60,596 bases of DNA from Candidatus Eiseniibacteriota bacterium (GTDB lineage: Bacteria; Eisenbacteria; RBG-16-71-46): positions 1-60,596 of the forward strand of contig JABFRW010000023.1 of the NCBI GenBank assembly GCA_013140805.1. Direction: 5' to 3'. The position numbers and the translations under genes were made by a program. Under the pieces are notes generated by a model. It saw only the letters and a list, made by a program, of their open reading frames with translations, had not been told where the DNA came from and searched no databases. Within the stretch, counting starts at the first letter, position 1. Each line of letters starts with the position of its first letter. This document shows, in pieces, positions 17,351 to 26,344 of this stretch.

Positions 17351-18785
17351 CGTGGCGCTGCGGCTCTCCGATCGGCTGTTCGGACGGTTCGTTCTGATCT
17401 ACGGCGCACTGCTCTTTGCTCAGTACTTCGTGCTGGGAGTGCTCGCGTTCGTGGATGCAAGGCGCGAGCTGCGCCGCCAGCAGGTCTCGGATCGCTTGAG
17501 CCTGTTCGAGGGTGATCTGGCGCCACCCATCAGCATTCTGGTGCCGGCCTACAACGAAGGCCCGACGATCGTGGACTCGATCCGCTCGCTCATGCACCTG
17601 CGTTACCCGTCGTTCGAGATCATCGTCGTCAACGACGGCTCCAAAGACGGCACGTTGCAGGCGATGGTGGATGCGTTCGGATTGCGCCCCTCCCTTCGCA
17701 CGCTGCGCGCACGCGTGCCTCAGGAACGCGTGCGCGGGGTCTACTCTTCGCCCGACTATCCGTTTCTGGTGGTGCTCGACACCGTGAACGGCGGCAAGGC
17801 GCAGTCACTCAACATGGCGCTGGCGGTGGCGCGCCACCCGCTGTTCTGCGCCATCGACGCGGACTCCATGCTGGAGCGCGACACGCTGCTTCAGCTGGCG
17901 CTCCCCTTCTATCTCGACGCCTCGGTGATCGTGACCGGGGGCGTGGTGCGACCCGCCAACGGCAGCCTCTTCGATCACGGTCGCATGGTGAAGGCGCGAG
18001 TCTCGAGGCGAGCACTCGTGCGGCTTCAGACCGTCGAGTACCTGCGCGGCATGCTGGCGGGACGCATGGGTTGGAATCTGATGGATAGCCTGTTCATCGT
18101 GTCGGGCGCACTCGGGTTGTTCTCACGCGACGCGGTCCTCGCGGTGGGCGGCTTTCGTACCGACACGCTCGGCGAAGACATGGAGCTGATCATGCGACTG
18201 CAGCGCTGGGCGCGGCGCAACGGGCGCCGCCGTGCGGTGCGTTTCGTCGGCAGTGCGGTGGCATGGACCGAAGTGCCCGAGAACCTTCGCACCCTGTCGC
18301 GCCAGCGCGGGCGCTGGCATCAGGGCCTGGCGGAGTCGCTGTGGCTCAATCGCCAGATCCTTCTGACCGAGCGCTTCGCGATTCACCACGGCATCGCGTT
18401 TCTGTCGCAGTTGCTGTTCGAGCTGTTCGGTCCCGTGATCGAACTGACCGGGCTGGCATTGACGGTGGTGCTGGTCGCGACCGGGCACCTGCACTCGGTG
18501 TTCCCGTTGCTCTACCTGGCGCTGTTCGTGGCCGGAGGCATCGTGAACTCGCTGCTCGGACTCGCACTCGAGACCGTCGTATGCCCACGCTACACGCGCG
18601 GGCGCGAGTTCCTGATTCTGATGGCGTATGCGGTGCTCGAGAACCTCGGCTACCGGCAGCTCATGGCGTGGTTTCGCGTGCGCGGACTCTGGAACGCCAT
18701 GCGCAAACGTAAAGCGTGGGGCGTCATGGCGCGGAAGGGTCACGCCGCGGCGACCGACTCGAGCGAGATTCAGCGCGCCGCGTGA
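17340..18785 (+). CDS. processive family-2 glycosyltransferase (PgaC/NfrB/cellulose-synthase-like polysaccharide synthase)
   Basis: PAYNEGPTI, VNDGSKDGT, IDADS, GEDMEL and QRGRWHQG (QxxRW) motifs, with TM helices on both sides of the GT domain. The GTG at 17340 overlaps the HEAT gene end. The track start at 17259 is also possible. Confidence 0.85.
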   Translation: MWGDVALRLSDRLFGRFVLIYGALLFAQYFVLGVLAFVDARRELRRQQVSDRLSLFEGDLAPPISILVPAYNEGPTIVDSIRSLMHLRYPSFEIIVVNDGSKDGTLQAMVDAFGLRPSLRTLRARVPQERVRGVYSSPDYPFLVVLDTVNGGKAQSLNMALAVARHPLFCAIDADSMLERDTLLQLALPFYLDASVIVTGGVVRPANGSLFDHGRMVKARVSRRALVRLQTVEYLRGMLAGRMGWNLMDSLFIVSGALGLFSRDAVLAVGGFRTDTLGEDMELIMRLQRWARRNGRRRAVRFVGSAVAWTEVPENLRTLSRQRGRWHQGLAESLWLNRQILLTERFAIHHGIAFLSQLLFELFGPVIELTGLALTVVLVATGHLHSVFPLLYLALFVAGGIVNSLLGLALETVVCPRYTRGREFLILMAYAVLENLGYRQLMAWFRVRGLWNAMRKRKAWGVMARKGHAAATDSSEIQRAA

Positions 18786-18789
18786 CGCG

Positions 18790-20952
18790 CTAGGTCCGCG
18801 CGGTGAACCGAACCGGAAGCGTCGCCGGGCCGCGCAGGAACAGCCCGACATCGGGCGGCGGCACCTCGCCTGCGAGTCGCAGGTCGGGCAAGGCATCGAA
18901 GATGCGGCTCAATGCCACCTCGATCTCGAAGCGCGACAGCACGGCCCCCAGGCAGAAGTGCCTTCCGCCTCCGAACGCGAGATGGTCGGCCGCACCCGTG
19001 AACGCGCGCCTGGGGTCGGCCTCGGGTCGATCCATGTCGAAGCGATCGGGGTCGGTGAAGCGGCGGTCGTCGCGGTTGGCCGAGCCCAGAAAGCACATGA
19101 CCTCGGCCCCCGCCGGAAGCAGTCCCCCCGAGACCGTCACCTCCTCGCAGGTCTGACGCGGCACCATGTGAGTGGGCGCCGTGTAGCGAAACGACTCGGC
19201 GATCGCGCGCGGCAGCAGTGAACGATCCTGTCGCACGGCGGCCAGCGCGTCGGGATGCGCGAGCAGGTTGCGCAGCGTGGTCGCGAGTCCCTTTTCGGTG
19301 GTCTCACCACCCGCGAACACCATGAGCATCGCGAATCGGATGATCTGCTCGTCGGTCAGTCGATCGCCCTCGACCGTGGTCGCCGCCAGCGTGGAGATCA
19401 GATCGGTGCCGGGGAGCTCGCGGCGCGCCACGATCAGCGGTCGCAGGTAGGCATCGAGCTGATCGCGCGCCGTGGTCGCCGCGATCGCGATGCCCGGGTC
19501 ACCGGCGAGATTGAGCGCTCCTTGAATCAGCGCGGTGTACCACTCGCGAAACCGGTCGCGGTCTTGCGCGGGCAGGCCGAGCAACCCCGCCATGATGCGC
19601 ACGGGAAGATGCACCACCACCTGACCGATCAGATCCGCCTCGCCGCGCGCCGCGACCGCACCCGTCAGCTCGTCGATCGCACTGGCGATCAGCTCCGAGA
19701 AGCGCTCGCGAATGCTCCCCTCCCGAAACGACGGCGTCAGGAGCTGCCGCTGGAGCGCGTGCTCGCGACCGTCGAGCTGGATGAGCGTCTTGCCGAGCAA
19801 TGGCTCGGTCTGCGCGGCGTAGCTCCGGGTCGTGAACGCGGGGTGGGTCAGCGCCAATCGCACGTCGTCATAGCGGCTCAGGATCCATGCGCGAGTCGGG
19901 GCGTGAAAGTGGAGCGGATACTCGTCTCGCATGCGGCGATAGTGCGGGTAGGGATCGGCCGCGAACTCCGGGGCGAACAGGTCGGGCGGTGACGCCACCA
20001 CCTCGTGCGGGGTCGTAGTCGGCGCAGGCCGGTAGCTCATCCCCCGCGCAAAGCTGCCCGGGTTTCCCGCTCTCGCTTCGAGCATGCGCTTGATCGCCAT
20101 GCTCTCGGCGCACAACTCCACGGAACTCGTGCGACCGTAGCTCTGAAAGCCGTCGCTGCGAACGAACGCGATCCGGTGGAGCAGGAACCCCGGGGCCTCG
20201 GCGCCGAACGCACGCGCGCAAGGAATGAGCACGATCGGGCAGCGTTGCAGCTCGCCGAGCTCTCGATAGTGGTAGTCGTGCTCGATCAGAACGTAGTCGC
20301 CCAGTTCACACGCGGTGAACTCGACCTGGACCTGCCGCGCGTACTCATCGCGAAACGAACCCGCGCCGGCGTCCACAGCTCGAAAGAGCGGGGCCCATGT
20401 CGCGAGGGCCTCGCGATCGGCGAGCAGCTCGCGGGCCATGGCCATCGGAGCGTCGACCCATAGGGTGTCCGAGAGCACCGAGTAACGGCCGGCGGCCGGC
20501 GCCGCCAGGCTCTCGCCTCGCTCGAGTGCCGCCTTGAGCCCCCGCGCTTCGTAGTGATGCACCGCCGCGATTCCCTGCATGATCATCTCGGTGCGACGCG
20601 CGGGGTCGATCACGCTGACCCAGTGGACATAGCTGCCGGCTTCGTCGCCGTGCGGGTTCACGTACTGCGAAGGAAACACGAACACCGGGTACTGCTTGAA
20701 GTACTCGCGATAGCGGTAGCCGCACTGCCACTCGATCGCGGCGAGCCGCGGATGCTCGAGTGTTCGCACGTGATAGCACAGCATGGACTGGTAGCCCGAC
20801 GCCGTGCCCATGAAGGTGTCGTCGTCGATGCGCGTCGTCATGCGACTGCCCAGCGTCCACTCGTCGAGGTTCTGCAGGCGTCGCAAGTACGCGAACGCTC
20901 GCGATGACGGCGTCTGCGCGTAGATCGAGGCGGTGAATGTGTTGGATTCCAT
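18790..20952 (-). CDS. fusion protein: two N-terminal SRPBCC/START-like domains + C-terminal cytochrome P450
   Basis: The C-terminal ~400 aa carry AGGETT (I-helix), ESFR (ExxR) and FGGGRHFCLG (heme Cys loop). The N-terminal ~310 aa have no P450 features and look like two tandem ~150-aa alpha/beta domains. The SRPBCC assignment is tentative. Confidence 0.8.
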   Translation of the reverse strand: MESNTFTASIYAQTPSSRAFAYLRRLQNLDEWTLGSRMTTRIDDDTFMGTASGYQSMLCYHVRTLEHPRLAAIEWQCGYRYREYFKQYPVFVFPSQYVNPHGDEAGSYVHWVSVIDPARRTEMIMQGIAAVHHYEARGLKAALERGESLAAPAAGRYSVLSDTLWVDAPMAMARELLADREALATWAPLFRAVDAGAGSFRDEYARQVQVEFTACELGDYVLIEHDYHYRELGELQRCPIVLIPCARAFGAEAPGFLLHRIAFVRSDGFQSYGRTSSVELCAESMAIKRMLEARAGNPGSFARGMSYRPAPTTTPHEVVASPPDLFAPEFAADPYPHYRRMRDEYPLHFHAPTRAWILSRYDDVRLALTHPAFTTRSYAAQTEPLLGKTLIQLDGREHALQRQLLTPSFREGSIRERFSELIASAIDELTGAVAARGEADLIGQVVVHLPVRIMAGLLGLPAQDRDRFREWYTALIQGALNLAGDPGIAIAATTARDQLDAYLRPLIVARRELPGTDLISTLAATTVEGDRLTDEQIIRFAMLMVFAGGETTEKGLATTLRNLLAHPDALAAVRQDRSLLPRAIAESFRYTAPTHMVPRQTCEEVTVSGGLLPAGAEVMCFLGSANRDDRRFTDPDRFDMDRPEADPRRAFTGAADHLAFGGGRHFCLGAVLSRFEIEVALSRIFDALPDLRLAGEVPPPDVGLFLRGPATLPVRFTART

Positions 20953-22731
20953 CTAGTGACCGCTCCCGTTCCCGTTGGTCTGCGGGAAGACGCGCTCGTG
21001 ATTCGGTGGGAGTGGCTCGGCGAGTGCCGCGTTGCGAAGCGATGCCGGGGCCTTGCATTGCGGGTCGATCCGAACGTCGAGCACGAACGGGCCATCCGCC
21101 GCCATCGCCTCGGCCAACGCGCCGTCGAGCTGCACTTCGTGGTCGACACGCGCCGCCCGGGCACCCTGCGCGCGCGCGAACGCCGCGAAGTCGACCTGCG
21201 GAAACGCGGCGTCGGCCACGAGTCCGAGTGCCTCCATACCCTGGGCGCACATGCCGTAGCGGCCATCGTTGAGCACCACCCACGCGACCGGCGCACCGAA
21301 CTTGACCGCCGTATTGATCTCGTTGGTCATGAGCAGCGCGCCGTCGCCGACCACGGCGACCGCGCGCCGACCGGTCGCGAGCGCCGCACCGACCACTCCC
21401 GCGGCCGCGTGCCCCATCGCCCCCACGCCGGTGCTGACCCGGTAGCGGTGCGGCTCGGCGAAGCGCAGTCGGTGCGTCGTCCACAGGAACGAATTGCCGG
21501 ACTCGGACAACAGCGTCGCGTCGCTGCGATCGACCACACAGTCCTGAAGTGCATCCATGAGCGCTTCGGGGCGCACCCGTCCGTCACCGCGCTTTTGAAC
21601 CCGCTCGATCTGCGGATGCGGCAGTTCCGGCGCCACGCCGTCGCTCGGCGGCCGCAGCGTGTCGAGCACCTCCCGCAGCGTCGTGCCGACGTCGGCCACG
21701 ATCGCGAGCGTGCGTGCGGTACCGAACGCAACGCCCGGAACCTCGGGATCCACGTCGATGTGAACGAACCCCTCCGGCGTGATGAATCGGCGATCCCAGA
21801 ACGAGGTCGGCTCGCCGATCCGCGAACCGAGAACCAGCAGGCGCCGGGGCTTGAAGTCTTCGAGGTACCGCATCACCGATGAGTGTCCCGCCAGACCGGT
21901 CACGCCCACGAACAGCGGATCGGTTTCCGGGAAGATGCCCTTGCCGCGGGGTGAGCACATCACCGGAGCGCGCATGCGGCGCGCCAGTGCAGCGACCTCG
22001 GCGGCCGCGTCGCGTGCGCCGAAGCCGACCCAGATCGCGAACGGACCATCGCTGAGCGCATTCACGCAGTCGGCGACTCTGGCGAGGGTCGGTGAATCCG
22101 CGGGCACCGGGGTGGCCGCCGACAGCACTTGCGACCGGGCCGCAGGTGCGCTCTGTACCGCGCTGTCCAGAGCCAGGTGAGCGACGAAGCCGCCGCGGCG
22201 GCGCAGGCCGGCCGCGAGCCCGCTCTCGATCGCGTCGAGCTGTCGGGTGTCCTCGACCACCGAGGCGAAGTGAAACATTCGACCGGCGTCGTAGAGTGAA
22301 GCAGGCATGGTGCTTCGAGAGGTCTCCTGGATCGCGAAGCGTCCCCGAGACGAGGCCGAGGTGTAGGCGGACAGGACGATGACGCGAGCGCGCTCTTCGC
22401 GGGCCGCCACGATGCCCGTCATGGCGTTGGTGAGTCCCGGGCCGGTGGTCGTGAACAGCACCGTCGGCCGACCACTCGCGAAGCTCGCTTCGATGGCCGC
22501 GAACGCGGCACCGTTCTCGTGACGGAAGTGATAGACGCCGAGCGAGCTGGATGACATCGCGTCCCACAGGGCCGCCATCGCGCCGCCCGAGACGCCAAAC
22601 GCTTCCTTCACCCCGAGGCGCTCAAGCAGTGCGACCAGCTCCGTCACGACCGTTGCATCGGCCGCACCGCGGCGAGGTGCGACACCCATCGGATTCGCGC
22701 GCATTGCACCCTGCGTCACATGCATCGCCAC
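20953..22731 (-). CDS. thiamine-pyrophosphate-dependent enzyme (acetolactate-synthase/benzoylformate-decarboxylase superfamily)
   Basis: FGVSGGAM and TTGPGLTN in the N-terminal Pyr domain. VVGDGALLMTNEINTAVKFGAPVAWVVLNDGRYGM is the GDG...N TPP-binding motif. Its stop codon abuts the ATG of the P450 fusion with 0 nt spacing. Confidence 0.85.
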   Translation of the reverse strand: MAMHVTQGAMRANPMGVAPRRGAADATVVTELVALLERLGVKEAFGVSGGAMAALWDAMSSSSLGVYHFRHENGAAFAAIEASFASGRPTVLFTTTGPGLTNAMTGIVAAREERARVIVLSAYTSASSRGRFAIQETSRSTMPASLYDAGRMFHFASVVEDTRQLDAIESGLAAGLRRRGGFVAHLALDSAVQSAPAARSQVLSAATPVPADSPTLARVADCVNALSDGPFAIWVGFGARDAAAEVAALARRMRAPVMCSPRGKGIFPETDPLFVGVTGLAGHSSVMRYLEDFKPRRLLVLGSRIGEPTSFWDRRFITPEGFVHIDVDPEVPGVAFGTARTLAIVADVGTTLREVLDTLRPPSDGVAPELPHPQIERVQKRGDGRVRPEALMDALQDCVVDRSDATLLSESGNSFLWTTHRLRFAEPHRYRVSTGVGAMGHAAAGVVGAALATGRRAVAVVGDGALLMTNEINTAVKFGAPVAWVVLNDGRYGMCAQGMEALGLVADAAFPQVDFAAFARAQGARAARVDHEVQLDGALAEAMAADGPFVLDVRIDPQCKAPASLRNAALAEPLPPNHERVFPQTNGNGSGH

Positions 22732-22866
22732 CCTCCCGTCGCGTCTGACTCTGACGGCGCTTGTTACGCGGGAGTGTGGGCGTGGAGTTGCACGACAGTG
22801 GTCGATTGCGACCAGTGGCGGTCGGAGGCGAGTGAGGCACGCTCTGGGCCGACGAACCGCGGCTGC

Positions 22867-23658
22867 TTACATCTGGCGGAACAGGTGGAGGTAGCTGCGA
22901 CTGACCGGCAGCACCTCCGTGCGGCCCTTCAGGTGGACGTCGGCCGTTTCGTTCTCACCGCGTGTGACGTGACTGATGGCGCGCAGATTGACCACCACCG
23001 ATCGATGCACCTGCGCGAACTGGGCGGGATCCAGCTGGGCCGCCAGCTCCTTGATCGCCATGCGAACGAGCGCTTCGGCCGGCGCACCGGCCTCGTCGCG
23101 CCACGCAACCATCGTGTACTTGGTGTCGGAGCGCAGAAAGTCGATGTCGTCGACCGGGATCAAGCGCAGCGTCTCCCCGACCTGCGCGCGAATCCACCGC
23201 AACGGCTCGGGATCCGCGCCGCTCTGGAGCTGCGCGAGTTGCGCCGCGAGCTGCAGCAGCAGCGCCTCGGTGTTCGGCGCCGGCTGTGCAGCCTGCAGCC
23301 GCTCCTTCAGGCGCGCCACGGTCTCGGTCAGGCGCTCCTGCTCGACCGGCTTCACGAGATAGTCCAGCACACCCTGCGCGAACGCCTGCACGGCGTACTG
23401 GTCGTAAGCGGTGACGAACACCAGATGCGCGCGGCGACCGATCTGGTGCGCTGCCTCGACGCCGGACATGCCCGGCATGTGAACGTCGAGAAAGCAGACG
23501 TCGGGCTCGAATGACTCGAACAGCTTGATCGCCTCGCGTCCATTGCGCGCCTGAGCGACCACCTCGAGCTCGGGCCATGCCTGAGCGAGCTGGCGCGCCA
23601 GGGCCTCGCGCAGCAGCGGCTCGTCGTCGGCGATCAGCGCGGTTGGGTGCGGGCTCAT
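22867..23658 (-). CDS. LytR/AlgR-family response regulator (REC + LytTR DNA-binding domain)
   Basis: ALIADDEPLLRE...VCFLDVHMPGMSG receiver motifs. The C-terminal LytTR-like region reads LRLIPVDDIDFLRSDTKYTMV. ATGA overlap with the kinase gene. Confidence 0.9.
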   Translation of the reverse strand: MSPHPTALIADDEPLLREALARQLAQAWPELEVVAQARNGREAIKLFESFEPDVCFLDVHMPGMSGVEAAHQIGRRAHLVFVTAYDQYAVQAFAQGVLDYLVKPVEQERLTETVARLKERLQAAQPAPNTEALLLQLAAQLAQLQSGADPEPLRWIRAQVGETLRLIPVDDIDFLRSDTKYTMVAWRDEAGAPAEALVRMAIKELAAQLDPAQFAQVHRSVVVNLRAISHVTRGENETADVHLKGRTEVLPVSRSYLHLFRQM

Positions 23659-24740
23659 GAGGTCGCCGTGCCGCGCGCGGGGAATTCGACTTCGGCGCAC
23701 ACGCCCCGCGGATGCTGTGCGCTCACGCGCAGCTGTGCATCTCCGGCGAACGCCAGTTGAAGTCGCTCGCGCAGCGTGGAGAGTCCGGTCCCGAGTCCGC
23801 CGACCGACTGCCGCAGGCCTGCGCCGGTGTCGACGACCTGCAGGACGCAGCGCTCGCCGCGCCGTTGCAGGTGAATGTCGATGCGGCCGCCTTCTTCGCT
23901 CGGGTCGACGCCGTGGCGCACCGCGTTCTCGACCAGCGTCAGCAACGTCATCGGCGGACAGCTCAGCGCGAGTGCGGTGTCATCGACGTGCACCGCGAAC
24001 TGAAGCCGATCGGGCATGCGCATGTGCATCAGCTCGAGGTACGCCTGCACCAGCTGAAGCTCCTGACCGAGTGTGGTGGCCGTCTCGTTCAGCCGCGGTA
24101 CCGATGCACGCAGATAGGCGACGAGACTACGCAGCACGATGGCGGCCTGCGGCGACCCTGAGTCGACCAGCTCCTGGACATTCGCCAGCGTGTTGAACAG
24201 AAAGTGCGGAGTGACCTGCGCCTGCAACAGGCGGAGCCGCGCATCCACCGCCTGGCCCTCGAGCTTGGTGCGCTCCAGTTCGAAGGCCAGCGCCTGATGG
24301 CGCGCCAGCGCATCTTTCTGTCGCACCACTGCCCCGAGCGCCACCCAAGGTGCCAGCAGCAGCCCGAGCACCGTGAGCAACCCGAAGCCACTGAGGCGAT
24401 CGGAGTCCTTCCAGAATGGCGGCGCGCCGGGTGCGGTCGAGAGGATGTAGATCCACAAGGTGGCGCTCGGCATGGTCGCCGCGACGGCCACCACCTGCAG
24501 CACCCAGCGCGCGAGCCACCGGGGCAGCCGCTTCGGCCACTGCTCGAACAGTCCGAACGCAAGCATCGCGAGCAGGCCCAGCAGAACCGTGCGGATCAGG
24601 AGCGAGGGCAGCCCCGACGTCCAGCCGAAGCTGAACAGCAGGCCGAATGCGATCGAGAGGATCAGCGTGAACCGGATGCGGCGCCAGTCGAGCAACAGCG
24701 CGAGGCCCTGCGGTTTTGCCTGAGTTGCAGTCGTGCTCAT
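23655..24740 (-). CDS. LytS/YehU-type sensor histidine kinase
   Basis: From the ATG at 24740 (MSTTATQ...): about five TM helices, then QVTPHFLFNTLANV (His_kinase-type H box) and LVENAVRHG / VDTGAG ATPase motifs. The upstream 180 codons of the track ORF are an unsupported extension. Confidence 0.85.
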   Translation of the reverse strand: MSTTATQAKPQGLALLLDWRRIRFTLILSIAFGLLFSFGWTSGLPSLLIRTVLLGLLAMLAFGLFEQWPKRLPRWLARWVLQVVAVAATMPSATLWIYILSTAPGAPPFWKDSDRLSGFGLLTVLGLLLAPWVALGAVVRQKDALARHQALAFELERTKLEGQAVDARLRLLQAQVTPHFLFNTLANVQELVDSGSPQAAIVLRSLVAYLRASVPRLNETATTLGQELQLVQAYLELMHMRMPDRLQFAVHVDDTALALSCPPMTLLTLVENAVRHGVDPSEEGGRIDIHLQRRGERCVLQVVDTGAGLRQSVGGLGTGLSTLRERLQLAFAGDAQLRVSAQHPRGVCAEVEFPARGTATS

Positions 24741-25354
24741 TACTCGCCAGCCGAAAGCGCTTGCCCGACCCATGCGAGCAACGCGGGGCGTCCCTCTCCG
24801 GCGTGGCTCGAATAGCCCACCATCGGCTGATCCGCCGGCAATTCGAGCGTCGTCGCGATCGCGCGCATGGCTGGTTCTCGCTTGCTCGAAGCCAGCTTGT
24901 CGGTCTTGGTCGCGACCAGGCAGAAGGGCATGCGCTCGTCGAGCAGCCACCGCACCATCTCGCGATCCTCGCGCGAAGGGTCGTGACGAACGTCGACGAG
25001 CTGGATCATCGCGACGAGCTGGCGACGCGTGCGCAGGAACTCCTGCATCATGCGGGCCCATTGCTCGCGCACCTTGGGCGGCGCCTTCGCAAACCCGTAG
25101 CCGGGCAGGTCGACGATGTGGAACTTCTCGTTGACCAGGAAATAGTTCAGGCGCTGCGTCTTGCCGGGTGTGGCGGACACCATCACCAGGTCCTTGCGCC
25201 CGAACAGCGAGTTCATGAGCGAGGACTTCCCCACGTTCGATCTCCCCGACACGGCGATCTCGGGCAACGCGCCCTCGGGGCACTCGCGCGCATTGCCCGC
25301 ACTCATCACGAATTCGACTGAATTGATCTTCACCTCGCGCACCTCCGCCGGCAT
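24740..25354 (-). CDS. engB: ribosome-biogenesis GTPase YihA/YsxC (EngB)
   Basis: From the ATG at 25354: SVEFVMSA...PEIAVSGRSNVGKSSLMN (G1), DLPGYG (G3), TKTDK (G4). TAATG 1-nt overlap with the kinase start. Confidence 0.85.
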   Translation of the reverse strand: MPAEVREVKINSVEFVMSAGNARECPEGALPEIAVSGRSNVGKSSLMNSLFGRKDLVMVSATPGKTQRLNYFLVNEKFHIVDLPGYGFAKAPPKVREQWARMMQEFLRTRRQLVAMIQLVDVRHDPSREDREMVRWLLDERMPFCLVATKTDKLASSKREPAMRAIATTLELPADQPMVGYSSHAGEGRPALLAWVGQALSAGE

Positions 25355-25540
25355 CCTACGGGTTCGGCGGCGGGAGCACATCACGAGGACGACGCTTAGG
25401 ACTGGCATTGCCGACTTCCACGTACAGCGCTGCCGGCACACGCTCGCAATGCGCTGGCTCGAGGCCGCGCGTGTGGCGAACTCAGTTCGGCGAACCCGTT
25501 GGGAGTCCGGGTGAACGCTACGCCGCGGCGCGCTTCTTGG
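25340..25540 (+). pseudogene. tyrosine-recombinase (phage integrase) 3'-terminal remnant
   Basis: Reads ...LRVRRREHITRTTLRTGIADFHVQRCRHTLAMRWLEA, then degenerates. The 60 nt at 25408..25467 align by hand with 34178..34237 of the intact integrase at 49/60 identical positions. The catalytic HxxR is present, but the N-terminal ~250 aa are absent. Confidence 0.5.
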
Positions 25541-25847
25541 GCCGCAGCTCGCGCGCGATGTCAGCGGGGGTCGCGCCGGCAGCGAATAGCGCTCGGAACA
25601 GGAGATCCATGGAGACGCCAGGTGCGCCGGATTCCAACTTGGCAATTCTCGACTGGCTGGACCCCAACTTCTTGGCAAGAGCAAGCTGAGTGAGGTGCTG
25701 CTTCTCTCGATGGCGCCGGAGAGAGTCGGCCAGCGCCAGCTTCAGCTCGACGATGTGCGCTTCCTCGGGTGACAGGCCCAGGAACTCACCTGCAGTTCCA
25801 AACTTCCAGCCAGCGGACTCGAGCCGCTTTCGCTTCGTGGAGTTCAC
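25518..25847 (-). CDS. XRE-family HTH antitoxin (HigA-like)
   Basis: HLTQLALAKKLGSSQSRIAKLESG helix-turn-helix. It lies 13 nt downstream of a Gp49/HigB-like toxin gene, the toxin-first order typical of HigBA. Confidence 0.8.
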   Translation of the reverse strand: MNSTKRKRLESAGWKFGTAGEFLGLSPEEAHIVELKLALADSLRRHREKQHLTQLALAKKLGSSQSRIAKLESGAPGVSMDLLFRALFAAGATPADIARELRPKKRAAA

Positions 25848-25860
25848 GATCGCTCCTGGG

Positions 25861-26196
25861 TCAATCGTTCGCGTTGTAAGCCCTGAGCCGACGCTTGCAG
25901 GTGCTCACCACGTGATCGGGGGTTTGTCCGGTCTTCTTGGCGAAAACATCGAGCATCACGATCGCATCGGCCTGAACCGAGAGCACGATCCGCCAGGTCA
26001 CTTGTCTGTCGACGATCCGAAGCTCGTGACAGTTGTGCCCAATCACAGGCATTGGCCTCGACTGGGGCAGGGAGAGCTTTTTTCCGCGCTGAAGTCGCCG
26101 TAGCAGGACTCCGGCTTCGATCCGGGCCTCTCGAGAGAACGGAGGTGTTTTGACGTCACCATGAAGCCAGACGATCAGTTTGTCGTGCGCATCCAT
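25861..26196 (-). CDS. RelE/ParE-superfamily toxin, phage Gp49-like (HigB-like)
   Basis: 111 aa. The pattern PFSREARIEAGVLLRRLQRG...PQSRPMPVIGHNCHELRI...WRIV...IVMLDVFAKKT matches the Gp49/DUF891 toxin family. Confidence 0.8.
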   Translation of the reverse strand: MDAHDKLIVWLHGDVKTPPFSREARIEAGVLLRRLQRGKKLSLPQSRPMPVIGHNCHELRIVDRQVTWRIVLSVQADAIVMLDVFAKKTGQTPDHVVSTCKRRLRAYNAND

Positions 26197-26344
26197 GCAC
26201 TCGAAGGCTATGTCTGATCGGACATGTTAGTCAATAAGGATTTTCGGCCGACAGCTCTTCGACCTGAACTCGCGCATCCGTAATGGTCTCAACCCCGCAA
26301 TCCCTGGGCAACGCGCGCCCGTCGGCTCCGCGAGAGACCCTGCT

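Noticed and set aside
20345-22567. Off-frame ORFs 20345..21484 (379 aa) and 21584..22567 (327 aa)
   Set aside because: They overlap the P450 and TPP-enzyme frames, which contain diagnostic motifs. The translations are Arg/Gly-rich junk.
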